NCBI GenBank assembly: GCA_026026165.1
Contig: JAPEUD010000002.1
Coordinates: 62,001 to 126,000, forward strand
Source: Sarea resinae
Lineage: Eukaryota
Length of the DNA: 64,000 nucleotides
Direction of reading: 5' to 3'
Shown here: positions 51,172 through 63,300 of the stretch, one piece after another
Numbering within the stretch: the first letter of the stretch is position 1
How the letters are laid out: the number at the start of each line of letters is the position of its first letter
Notes under the pieces: model-generated
Seen by the model: only the letters and a program-made list of their open reading frames with translations
Databases searched by the model: none
Told to the model about the DNA's origin: nothing
Position numbers and translations under genes: made by a program

Positions 51172-54100
51172 ATGCCGCAAGACTCGTAAGCATCATCTGC
51201 TTTTCTTCTTTCTCTGCCTTCTATTTGTTGCATCAAGTCTTTTTGGGTTTTATAATCGCATGCTTTAGCTTTGCTGTTATGACTTTATGACTTCATTTCG
51301 ATTCCCGAACCCGGCGAGGAGTCACTTGTTAAACTTTGACACTCTGCAAAGTCCTTTCTGGCCGTCCATCGTGTGGTGTTTCTTGTCTCATTCCGTCCTC
51401 TTTCCCTTCTGTCCTCCCACTTTGCATTTGCTCTGTAAGCCGTGTCAATTCAATTGGCTCATGGTTACCATCGCATGTTATATACCATCCTGTACAAAAT
51501 TGCAGCAAACACCAAGCGTTCTGTGAGATCTAGACACTTAAACCTAACTCATCACAGCGTAGCTCCAACGAATGGGACAAACGGGACTAATGGGACGAAT
51601 GGATCGTTGCACCCGGAACATCCTGGTGCTACCACCAAGATCGAGGAAGTCTTCCAGCAATTTTCTCAACTCCTTCATGCTTCCGACCGTCCCCTGCCTA
51701 CAGAAACTGGAGATGGTTCCTACATCGAGAAGGATGCCCCTACCGGCCTCTGGGATGATCTCACGCATATGGGTGTCCGCGACGTAGAGTCACTTGTTGA
51801 TTTATTGAAAAACGCAAAAAAGGATGTCATTGACGATAGGACGTATCTGATGGAGAAGACCATTCGAGTACGTTTCTGATCTTCGCACCTCGGCCTGTTG
51901 CTAAGCCTTGTTTGTTAGCTTGCCGCCGATCTGCCTGCAAAGTCGGAGAATGGCACCAAAGTCACCAACACATTCCTCACTCAGCTTTGGAATAACCTCC
52001 AGCATCCCCCCCAATCGTATGCATCTCCCTATCCAGGTATAAACAATACTGATAGGCCTCAGATATCTCGGAGATAAATATGGCTATCGACAAGCAGATG
52101 GCTCACACAACGTATGCTCTTCCTGACGATCTCTGCCGAGTACTAATTCTTTCAGAGTCTCACGGCTCCCATGCTGGGCGCCGCAAACACACCATATGCA
52201 CGAAGTGTCAAGCCGGAACTACCCCAGCCAGCCAATCTTCCCGATCCTGGAGTGATTTTCGATAGTCTGATGGCAAGGAAGCATCATGATGAGCATCCAA
52301 CGAAAATCTCCAGCATGCTCTTCTACCTTGCATCCATCATCATCCATGGTAAGGCTTCTTCGAAATCTCCTCTCTAATGCTTACCAGAACAGACCTATTC
52401 AAAACCGATCATGACGACTACAACAATTCACAGACATCTTCTTATCTTGACCTCGCCCCCCTCTATGGAAGCAGTCAAAAGGAGCAGGATACCATTCGTA
52501 CGTTCAAAGACGGAACGCTCAAGCCAGACTGTTTCACAGAGAAGCGTGTCCTTGGATTTCCGCCAGGGGTTGGCTGTCTGTTGATCATGTTCAATCGGTT
52601 TCACAATTATGTTGTCGAGCAACTAGCTTTAATTAACGAAGGTGGTCGATTCACGAAGCCAAGGGATTCGCTGACGGATGAGGCCAAGGAAAAGGCATGG
52701 AAGAAATACGACAATGACCTGTTCCAGACGGGGCGACTGTGAGTAGATCCTTTCTGCTGACTGATCGTACTGACCATTTTAGCATAACTGGTGGCCTCTA
52801 TGTACAGATGGTTCTGATGGACTACGTCAAGACCATCCTAAACCTGCAAAAGACGAACAGCAAGTGGCACTTGGTATGAATGCCTTGATCTAAAGAAGAT
52901 TCAAAGCTAATGGAGTCAGGATCCGAGGGTGGAAATCAAAGATGGCCCGACTATAGCAACAGGTAACCAAGTCTCAGCAGAGTTCAACCTGATTTACCGG
53001 TGGCATTCCGTAAGTATCTCACCCTCTTTAAGATCTCATCTTACACCGATAGGCCATCTCCGCAAAAGACGAAAAGTGGATCGAGGAGATGTACACCAAA
53101 CTAATCGGCAAGCCGCCCTCGGAAGTCGGAGTTCACGAACTCCTTGGAGTTCTTGGAAAGTTTGAAGCAGGACTGTCAGAAGACCCCACGAAACGAGAGT
53201 TTGCTGATCTGAAACGGGGCGAAGATGGGAAATATGATGACGATGACCTCGTGAAGATCATAACCGAAGGCATCGAGGACCCTGCTGCTGCATTTGGCGC
53301 GAACCGTGTGCCTACTTCTCTAAAGGCAGTGGAAATTCTCGGAATAATGCAAGGTATATTTATCTCTGATATAGCTTCATATATGCTAATTCTTCCCAGC
53401 TCGGAGCTGGAAGTTGGCTAGTCTAAATGAGTTCCGAAAATTCTTTGGACTCCAGCCGCATGCGACCTTTGAAGATATCAATCCTGATAAAGATGTAGCT
53501 GACCAACTTCGCCATCTCTACGATCACCCTGACTACGTCGAGCTGTATCCCGGTCTTGTCGTTGAAGATGCGAAGAAGCCAATGGTTCCCGGAAGCGGGC
53601 TATGCCCTCCGTACACTATATCCAGAGGAGTACTATCAGACGCCGTAAGTCTCACTGCCATCAGCCTCTATCAAGCTAATGATCGAAGGTCGCTTTGGTC
53701 CGCGGTGACCGTTTCTACACCACCGATTACCATCCGCGAAAGCTCACCAACTGGGGCTATAGCGAGATCCAATACGATGACAACGTCGACGGCGGCGCTG
53801 TCTTCTACAAGCTGATCCTCCGAGCCTTCCCCAACCATTTCAAGTACAACTCCGTCTACGCCCACTATCCTATGACCGTCCCGTCGGAAATGAAGGATGT
53901 CTTGACGGAACTCGGTCGTGTCAGCCAATACGACTTTGAGAGGCCCGCTCGTAAGCCTCAGGTTTTCGTGATCAAGTCATACGCTACGGCTACTTCGGTC
54001 CTCGAGAACAAAGAACTGTTCAACGTCACCTGGGGTGATGCTATTGAGTTCCTGATGGGGCCACCGGCCGAGCAATTCATGTTGACGGGAGACGGACCGG

Positions 54101-55349
54101 TCAATGAGAAGTCGCGGGACATGATGAAAAAGGCCATGTATCATGGTAAATGGGAACAGGAGATCAGGGACTTTTATGAAAAGATCACTCTGAACCTGCT
54201 CAAGCAAAAATCTTACAAGATCGCGGGCGTTAACACCGTTGATGTTGTTCGGGAGTAAGTCTTCTCGTAATCTGACAGACCCGAACTGACATTCCCAGTG
54301 TCGGAAACATTGCCCACGTCCACCTCTGCGCAGACATGTTTTCCTTCCCTCTTAAAGACGACGACCACCCGCACGGCATCTACACGGAACAGCAGCTCTA
54401 CCAACTCATGGCTCTGGTCTTCATCGTCATCTTCTTCGACCTCGACCCCACCAAGACCTTTGCCCTTCGTCAAGCCGGCTATGCTCTCACGCGCCAACTC
54501 GGCCAACTTGTCAACGCCAACGTCGAAGCCGTCCATCTCACCGGTGGCATCTCTGAGCTTGTCGATCCGCTCATGCAGCGCAACCCGAGCCTCAAGGAAT
54601 ACGGCGTTCACATGATCCGCCATCTCCTCCAAAGCGGCATGAGTCCATCCGACATCACTTGGTCTCAAATCCTGCCGACGGCCGGTGGCATGGTAGCCAA
54701 TCAAGGCGAACTCGTACGTCTCTTCCTCCATCTGTCCTTCACATCTAACCCGTCCCTCTAGTTCGCCGCCACGTTAGACTACTACCTTTCCGACGCGGGC
54801 AAGTCCCATCTCCCGGAAATCCGCCGTCTAGCCCAACTCAACACAGCCGAAGCCGACAACACCATCACGCACTACGCGCTCGAAGGCGCGCGTCTGGCCT
54901 CGTCAATCGGCGTCTTCCGGTCCGTCGCCCGCGCCACCACGGTCACAGACACGGATCCGACCTCGGCCACGCCCTCGACCCCGACCACCCACGAGCTCCC
55001 GCAAGGCAGCAGGCTGATGGTCGATCTGGTCGCGGCCTCGCTGGACCCGGCCGCGTTCCCGGACCCGCACGCCGTGCGTCTGGATCGCGACGTCGACAGC
55101 TACATCCACACGGGCTGGGGCCCGCATCAGTGTCTGGGTCTGGGCATCCAGCGCGTCGCCATGGGCGCCATGTTGAAGGTCGTGGTCGGCCGCCTCGACG
55201 GCATCAGGAGGGTCAAGGGCCCGCAGGGCCAGATCAAGAAGATCCCCCAGGTGGGCGGCTTCACGGGCTATTTGACCGGCGATGGGGGGAGCTATTTCCC
55301 CTTTCCGGTCGGGATGAAGGTCGAGTTTGATGGCGGCTTGGAGGATTGA
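51172..55349 (+). CDS. Fatty-acid dioxygenase-cytochrome P450 fusion (Ppo / linoleate diol synthase family), 13 exons
   Basis: Heme-peroxidase motifs YRQADGSHN, ASIIIHDLF, SSYLDLAPLYG, EFNLIYRWH and VRGDRFYT. P450 part has ANQGE, LEGARL and GWGPHQCLG. A 14-nt first coding exon (51172-51185) and a 372-nt intron are followed by 11 short GT-AG introns. Confidence 0.93.
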
Positions 55350-55598
55350 TTTTGCTGCTGCTTGGTTTGCTGCTTGGCGAGATTTGTCTATCTGTCCTAT
55401 CACGCTGCTCTGGATCTTTGATCTCATGATTATACACCAACGTAGAGAAAAGGAAGAGGATCTAAGCGAGGGAATGCAATGCTTTTCTATCACAAAGCAT
55501 CACCGTTAAGATATCTGCATCGTTTGCGCCAATAGAGTTTGCTTGAAGATGGCACTCATACATCTTCACAGCCAAAAGCATGACTTATCTAATCTCAT

Positions 55599-56899
55599 CT
55601 AATCTAATTTAAGAGCCATGTCATCCCACCGTCCCCTGCGTAGCGGGTCCAACTTATGCAATTCGCGGAGGTAGATCTTGAGGGGATCCCCTTCCTCCCT
55701 CTCTCTATCAGTATCATCATCGCGCTTGCCTCCCTCCTCGGATGTTGCGTCACGAGCGATATGGCGTCGCAACAGCGTATAGCCCAGCAGTGCCTGGTAG
55801 AGCCATTTGCAGTCGTCTGCGTCTTCGAGCAGTTCTTTGATATTGGCTAGTTCGCGGTCGAGAATAACGAGGATCTCTGAAGGGGAGAGGTCAGGAACGA
55901 TTGCGGCGGCGTTGGGCGTCTTGGTCAAGGTGGGCGTGAGAGCAGAGATGAGGAAGTGGTGGTAGAACCAGAGTGATTGATCGTACGGGTCTGTATAGAG
56001 CGCGCGGAGGATGAGTGCGAATTCTAATTGGTTATCGATTAGCTTGATAAAAGGTAGAAGCGCAAAAAGATATTCTTAGGTACCAGAATCTAGAAACTCC
56101 CTCCGGGCCGCCGGCGTCGCATCCCGCTCATCCAGCAGTCTCGGGATGAGTTTTCCCCTGCGATGCCACGCTGAGAAATTCGACAGATTCGTCTGGATCA
56201 TCTTCGTCGTGTATTCGAATTCCGGCTCGGCCATGCTCTGGCCCTCGAGCTTTGGGCTCTCGAGCGCGGCAACGATGTAGCGTCTATAGTCCCAGCCGTG
56301 AAAATTGCGGCTGTCGAGCGCCAACATTTTGCCTACGAGTTTCATCTCGCCGAGGTGCAACTGGCGCGCGATCGGTGTCGGGAGGAAAGTGATCGAGGCT
56401 TGTAGAAGCCAAAGCCGGTGGTTCCAGATCCAGTAGCATTTTGGGAATTTGCGGAGGAGCGGGACGAGGAAGTAGAGGTCGGATGTGAGGAGCTTGTAGG
56501 TTGGGGAATCCTCAGGATCGGAGCCAGCTTCGGAATCGGCCAAGATCCTGGGAGACTGCGAGAATTGGTGCTGGAGGATTAGACGCCGGTGGTTCCAGAT
56601 GGTGTAGTACTCTGGGTTCTGGGTCAGGAGCTTGGAGGTTTGCGCGAGCACTTCGGCGGTGTATTCGCGCGCGCGGATCTGCTTATGATTAGTGCGAGTA
56701 GAACAGATCGAGCGATGAGGTCTTACATTAGACTCGACAAGTTCTACGAGTTCCTTATACTCGGTGATCTGTCGCTGTTCTTTCAGGGGACATTGCTGGG
56801 CCCGCTCTTCGGTCGAGGTGACGCGGGGCACCCCATGCTGTGAGCTGGTTTAGTGCACATTTCCCGGTATACGGCGACCAGGGAACCTACACTGGCCAT
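55599..56899 (-). CDS. BET4: Rab geranylgeranyltransferase (type II) alpha subunit, 4 exons
   Basis: MASHGVPR start and PPTA repeats NPEYYTIWNHRR, FPKCYWIWNHR, DSRNFHGWDYRR, NLSNFSAWHRR, DPYDQSLWFYH; introns 56890-56838, 56726-56679 and 56083-56024. Confidence 0.93.
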
Positions 56900-57790
56900 A
56901 GTTTGATGTAATTCGAGCAGATGCAAAAGTTGATCAAGAGGCACGGTGCCCAAGTGTGTGTCGCATCGCACCTTCCTAATGCGGTGATGTGTGATGATGG
57001 ATGTGACGATGAATTTGGGTGATGGCAGATGACGCAGGGTAAGCGCGAGCGGCAATGTTTACTTTCTCTACCCCTCCATCTATCAACAACCCCACCACCA
57101 CCACTCCATGCCGCGATGGGGGGCATCTCCCATCTCATCCAGCTCTTCTCTCATCGCATCTTTTCCCCATCACATCTCTTTATCACCACAATCATCACCA
57201 ACTCGTTCAACACCCATTACAATTCACTTCGTTTTCATCATGCATAAGTACTACAAATTTGACCCCTTGGTCACTCACTTGGATCTCTTCATCTTCATTC
57301 TCTTCCTCGGTATCCCCAAAAGGATGGCGAAGTGGTTTCTTTAGATACTGCACCGGTATAGCTTCAAAACAACACGCGTAACGCCTTGTTTACGCCTCGC
57401 ACAGGCCGTGCACCATCAGGATTATCACCAACTCCAGCAGAGATACGGATTTCATCTCATTCTTCTCTCCGACAGCTGCTCATTTCCTTCTTTGTGTGTC
57501 TCTACGTGTTTGCTGTGGGCCTACCACCGGTCGAACATATCTCATTACTGTTGTTGCGCGTTTGTGATCAACAAACAAGTTTTCGATCTCCTCCTATACC
57601 ACTCTTTCTTTCCAGGATAGAACCATAATCCCGGATCCAGCAGAGGACTCCTTTCGAGCACGTTCCTTCATCTCAGACAAGGAAATTACCCCAGACCACG
57701 CGGGTGATTCCCTATTTTTCACTTTCCTCCAAATTTCAGTTCATTTCTCTCATTCAGACTTCATTCCCGAAGATCCAGAAAAGCTTCAAA

Positions 57791-60223
57791 ATGGCGCTTG
57801 TTTCATCTCGGGAACTAGGACCGTTCAATGCCGCGGAATTCTATGACCTTGGGCTTTACAGCCCACCACCCTCTGCGACAAAGAAGCGCAGCTGGGGTCA
57901 TAATGGCTTGTTCGATATGAGTTGGCCTGCTCCTTCTGGCCTGCTCACCCCGCCACCTGAAGTAAGGATTGATACTCCAACTCCTCCGACAACTCCGTCC
58001 CTAGTGGGATTCCCATTTCCGGCTCAGTCCAGTCCTAAGAAAGCCAGAAAGAATGCTCTTTCTCTGAACGTCAACTTACGGTCTAAACTTCCATCCAGGT
58101 CAATTCGCTGTGGACTCTACACCGGATCAAGAGCACCAAAGCCTGCTCTCGACAGATTCATACCTTTGAGGCGTTCTCCTACCTCGTCGCTGGATAGTTT
58201 TCATCTGAGTAAGCCAACTGACCTTCTGTCCCATGACGAAAGAGTTCTTCGCCACCGTAGCGCCAGCCCGGACCCATTTAGTCCCATGACTCAGGACTTG
58301 CTTCGAGAAGCCGAGAGATTCTTACCCGGTCGTATCCGTCGGTCTGAATACAATCCTGGCCTCTCCGCAATGACAACAACTGGCGTTCTTGGCCTTCGTC
58401 GCTTTTCATCTTCTATCGGCAGTCGACATGGCAGCTTTAATGCTGCTCATATGGACGGCATTCTGACAGGGCCTTTACCAGGCATTACTGACGGCCGTGG
58501 TGGCATGATTGGTAGTGGCACCAATGCTCCATTGTACATCTCTCGATTTCTGGAAGGGCTCACGCCCAATGAAGACCTCGAGAAACATGAAAGGCGACTA
58601 GCTGTAGCTTTAGAAATTGGCCAAGCAGAGAGAGTCCTTCAGTTCAGCAGCCCGGAGAACAGGTGTGCCCCTAAAGTCTCTGGGAATCCTTCTCCGCTCA
58701 AGGAGATCAAGTGCCCCATGGATTTTCGTACCACTTGGAGGGACAATGAATGGGTCCGAGAAGGTGGCAATAGAGGTAAGCATGACAATCTCATGGGGTT
58801 TCTGCCACTATAAGCTAATACTTCACAGCTCCAAAGAAGCCGAAGAAGGATATGCAAAGAGCAGTGCCTGGCACTCCGTTCAGATAAGTCTCCATCCCAA
58901 ATTGTCTCGTTGTGTCTAACATCGTGCACAGTCCTTGACGCACCCCAGCTCCGTGATGATTTCTATTGCTCTCTCATTGCATATTCCATCACTTCGAAGG
59001 CTCTAGCTGTTGGACTCAACACTCGTGTCTACTTGTGGTCTGAAGTACATGGTGTGCAATATCCACCACACCATCTCTTCTTGGGGAGAACTGCATACGT
59101 TACTTCGCTGTCGTTCTCCTCAGATGACGGTGCCAACAGCATCCTTGCAATGGGTCGGGCTGATGGCCAGATATCTCTGTGGAGTCTGTACGAGCTAGAA
59201 GCACGGTTTGATATCCAACAAGCACACTCAATATCATGCATGGCTTTCAATCCCCGGAACAGGGGGCGCCCGTCACTGCGGGACACATCCACAAAGGTGT
59301 GCAACGAAGACCTCCTGGTGGGTGACGAAGTAGGCGATATCTACTACTACGCAGTCGAATGGCCTACAGAGGATCAACGCACTATCCTTGAATGGGATGG
59401 CGCTCTGAGTATGCTCTTCAAGATTTCCGTTCACACCCAGCAAATATGTGGGCTTACTTGGTCGCCCGACGGAAACTTCTTCGCCTCTGGAGGAAACGAC
59501 AATGTTTGCTGTCACTTTGACACGAGCGACATTGCTCCACTCCGAAGCTCTATGAACAGTGTCATTTCTGAAGAATCGGCACTCAGTGGAGATGGAGCTA
59601 CCCGCCCTCGTTTCATCATTCGCCAGTGTCCAGAAGTCCGCGAGGCAGTGCAGGAAAGTCATCGATGGTATCTGAGTGCAGCTGTCAAGGCACTTGCCTT
59701 CTGCCCTTGGCAAAGCGGTCTCATTGCTGTCGGTGGCGGATCCAACGATCGCTGTATCCACTTCTACCATACGATCTCGGGTGCTTGTTTAGCCACCATC
59801 AGCGTCGCGGCTCAAGTCACCTCATTGATTTGGTCAACCAGCAGACGGGAAATCGCAGCTACCTTTGGGTACGCCCAGCCAGATCATCCCTACCGCATAG
59901 CGGTGTTTTCTTGGCCTAGCTGTCAGCAAATTGTTGCCATCCCTTGGGCTGGTGAGATGCGAGCTCTTTATGCCATTCCTTACCCCGGCGGACCCAATCT
60001 TCCTGTTCGCGCTCAGAGACAGACTGAGGGCGGACAGTGGCTGACTCGTACTGCCGAAGAAGGTTGTATTGTTGTTGCCTCGAGCGACGAAAGCGTCAAG
60101 TTTCACGAAATTTGGAGTGAAGCTAAACAGGCGACTTATGAAACCTCGGGGCTTCTGGGTGGGAGCGACATTTTGGAAAGTTTGCACGGGATTGACAAGG
60201 ATGGCCTTGAGACCATCCGGTAG
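57791..60223 (+). CDS. AMA1: APC/C activator of the Cdc20/Fizzy family, Ama1-like, 3 exons
   Basis: C-box DRFIP, PFRVLDAPQLRDDFY, HTQQICGL, SGGNDN, AAVKALAFCPW, GGGSNDRCIHF, C-terminal IR tail. Intron 58776-58828 is GT-AG and intron 58884-58929 is AT-AC. The Ama1 assignment over Cdc20/Cdh1 rests on divergent WD40 inserts and is tentative. Confidence 0.85.
58884..58929 (+). other. Predicted non-canonical U2-type AT-AC intron (46 nt)
   Basis: ATAAGT donor, CTAAC branch at 58916-58920, GCAC end. Removal gives TTC AG|A GTC CTT GAC GCA CCC = F R V L D A P. Confidence 0.8.
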
Positions 60224-61199
60224 CCTTGTTCACTTTTGTTTTCTCTTTGTCTTTTCTTTGGCTAAATTGGGAACCTTTTCGTTTCTGGGCAACGTTTTTG
60301 GCTTGTCTTGCGCTCAGTGGCGCCACGGGACCTAGGCTGTCTCTTACAGATTGCTGTTCCTATTGCCGCTGAATGTTTGTTTCAATTCGCTTTGCAATTG
60401 CCTTTCTTTCTCTTTGTTCCTGCTCGCACTTCACCGCTCTGCGGAAGTGCTTGAGCCATTCCAGCGTTGTGCGGTGGAGTTACTTTCTTATTCCCGTGAA
60501 TGATGGTGTTAGACTCTTGTGGCATTCACCCTGTTATTCTTATTCACCTACTCTTCATCCTTCCTCTTCATCTTTCTCTTCCCTCTTCTACCTAAATCCT
60601 CTTCCTATGTTCTCCTACGACCTATTTCTTCTCTCTCCTCCGCACCTCTTACCTATTTCTTGTATTATTACCTAGTCCTCCGCTCTCCTATAGACTCACT
60701 TCCTCTAATACCTATAGTAATATACTCTTCAAATCATTTGGACTTCGATGGCCTCACGGAAAGAGTAAGATTCAACTCTTCCCGTGCTTAATCAGTATGA
60801 TCTTCTCGCAGTGGTTTGACTTCGTCACAGTCTGCCTCCCGCCAGATCTTATAGCAAACGCTGTCTGGAATAGACATACCTCGGCCGAGAAGCCATTTCA
60901 TGGAATAGCAGTCGTCTTGCCGAAAGCATGTTTCGAGAATGTCGAGAGATGAAAACTTAACAACAAAAAATATCCAGCACCGTTGGGGGAGGAAGTCACG
61001 TGCTGTGCTGGTCAGGCAGAATAATTTCGATTCAAGTATCATTTCCTACCACCAGAGGACCCTGATTGATGAGTTCAACATGTAACAGCCTCTCCACCTC
61101 CACCTCTGCTGGGACTAAGATATAGATTTCGCTCTTATAGACAAAAGTCGATATGTACAAATGAGATTACAGACAACTGACTACTAGTAAAGACTGAGA

Positions 61200-63300
61200 G
61201 CGTGATGAGCTTGTTTGAAAACTTGGAAAGAGCACTGACTATATTTTCCTAGCAACGAAGCTGATTCTTCCAACTTCACTCTCTACTCTAAAGACTGACT
61301 GACAAATATAAGGAGCGCTCTTCGGCGAATTGACAACAAGCGCCCGGGCGAAGACTGGAGAAGCATTGCAGAACTGAACGAACAAACACGAAGGACGATG
61401 CTAAAAAGACAAGAACAACTGCAACAGAGACGGAATGAGGGCATCATGGACCCAGAACAACAGGATGAGCAGCAAACGACTGACGAAGACTGGTGGACAG
61501 AAATGGCCAATTATCCAGGAGACTGGGCTGACGAACTCGACCACGATTACTGGGCAACAAGAGCGCGGACCCGCCTGCAAAAATTCAGAAACCGGACGGC
61601 TCCTGGGTCTACCTTAGTTTTCAGAACGTTATCATTTTGTGCGGCCAGGAAGGTATTGCAGGAGGTATCTCGTCCAGGGGAATTTCTATCAATGCTGCGG
61701 ATCTTCCGGCAAACCTATTCGGACAACATCTGCTACATGATTGTCGCTGAGACAAATCAGGCGCTAGACGTCGTCCTCCTCCAGCATGGCGCCCAGACGT
61801 GCAGCCAGAAGGGTCTTAGCAGAACGTTCTAGGCGTGCAGAGTCTGCTCATCGTTGCAGATCTCGCGTCGGCGTATGATGTCCAAGGGCATCGTCGGGAA
61901 TCCGACCGCGACCCCGTACGATCTGGACTCGTTGCGTTTGGCGAAAGCCAACGCCACTACTACCGAGCTGACTCTCAATAGTTTATTGCTATATACTGAA
62001 GATAATACAAACAATACGCTCAGCTATAATCTAGAAGAAGATAATGCTAATAAAGGCAATGCTAACAGTGACATTGCAGAAGAAGAAGATAAAACTGCTC
62101 GAAGACAATACTCTAGGTGACAATTCAGAAATACAACCCCCTTAAAGAGAATATTCTAAAGGACAATCCCCTAGATGACAAGCCCCTAGAGAACGAAGAT
62201 CTGGACAATACGCAGGAATGCACAATCGCCTTCAGACGACAAACCTCCAGACGACGAAACTCTAGGCGACGAACCTCTAGACGACGAACCTCTAGATGAT
62301 GATCCTCCACATGATGATCTTCTAAATGATGCCGATGACACCCAAGAGAGAACCAATTAATCATGTGCGAAATATGCACATAGAGAAGACAGTCCCAGGA
62401 CAAAGCGCGGATTTGGCCACTAGGGCCACTAGTGAAGTGGCCCAAGTCGACCACGATACTGGAGTGGTGGCGAAGCGGCATGGAGGGACGATCATTCTCA
62501 TTTCAACAGATAAGGTAGAAGGGCGTTATCACTATCGCAGCATCCCAAATTTCGGCGAAACTTCACCGTGATAGGCTGGCTCCTTTTAATGATCATCAAA
62601 ATAGCCATGAAGCTACTGTCATTAACAAACAAGGAAGCCGAACGAGTCAATTATCATCGAAAAAACCAAAAGAGCACGACACGTTGTCTAATACAGCTAA
62701 CTTGGAGCGAGATACTAAAATTGATGCAGATTCTAAGGCAGAGGTAGTGCTGATATCTAACAAATCAGATTCTAATAGAGTAGATACTAAGTAGGGCTTT
62801 GTGTAGGAAGTAGATCGTACTACTAGCTTAGCTTCTCTAACTAGTATTGCTAACGCGCAGGAAGTAATGCTAGCCTGGACTAATTTCAAAAGTAAAGCGA
62901 AGTCCCAGAAGCCTTCCTTCAAGACCATCTACTGCCAAGTTCGGAATGTGGCCCTAACGCTTCAGACGAAGAGTGAGCGCCTTGCTGTTATAAATTGACA
63001 GAAGTCTGCATATTGTTTGCAAAGTACGCGCCTACCACGAAGCTCCCAGAGTCTACGGAAAAGAGATGCGAGGAGACGAAGACAGACCATGTGCGGGATA
63101 TTGAAGCCCTTGAAGTCGCCCGAGCTAAGGAGCTTCAGGGAATGCGGGCGAGCCATGCGTGAGGAAATGCAAGCTTTCGAAGCAACCAGGTCAAGGAATG
63201 CGAGACGACTCACATAAAGCATCTACAAGGGCATAGGGAAGAGCATGCAGAGACCGTGAAAAGCATGTTGACTAAGGCAAGACAAAAGGAAGAAGCTCCC
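61200..63300 (+). pseudogene. Eroded ORF of unknown origin (RIP-like decay) with 15-nt DDEPL-type tandem repeats
   Basis: ORFs 61398-61832 and 61854-62120 are in the same frame and are separated by a single TAG. Acidic coding-like repeats occur at 62140-62330. TpA-rich patches occur at 61975-62180 and 62720-62900. Confidence 0.45.

Noticed and set aside
58884..58931. A-to-I editing of the AT donor to GT with use of the AG at 58930-58931
   Set aside because: The product would read AGT CCT TGA (out of frame, stop), so it cannot yield the WD40 domain.
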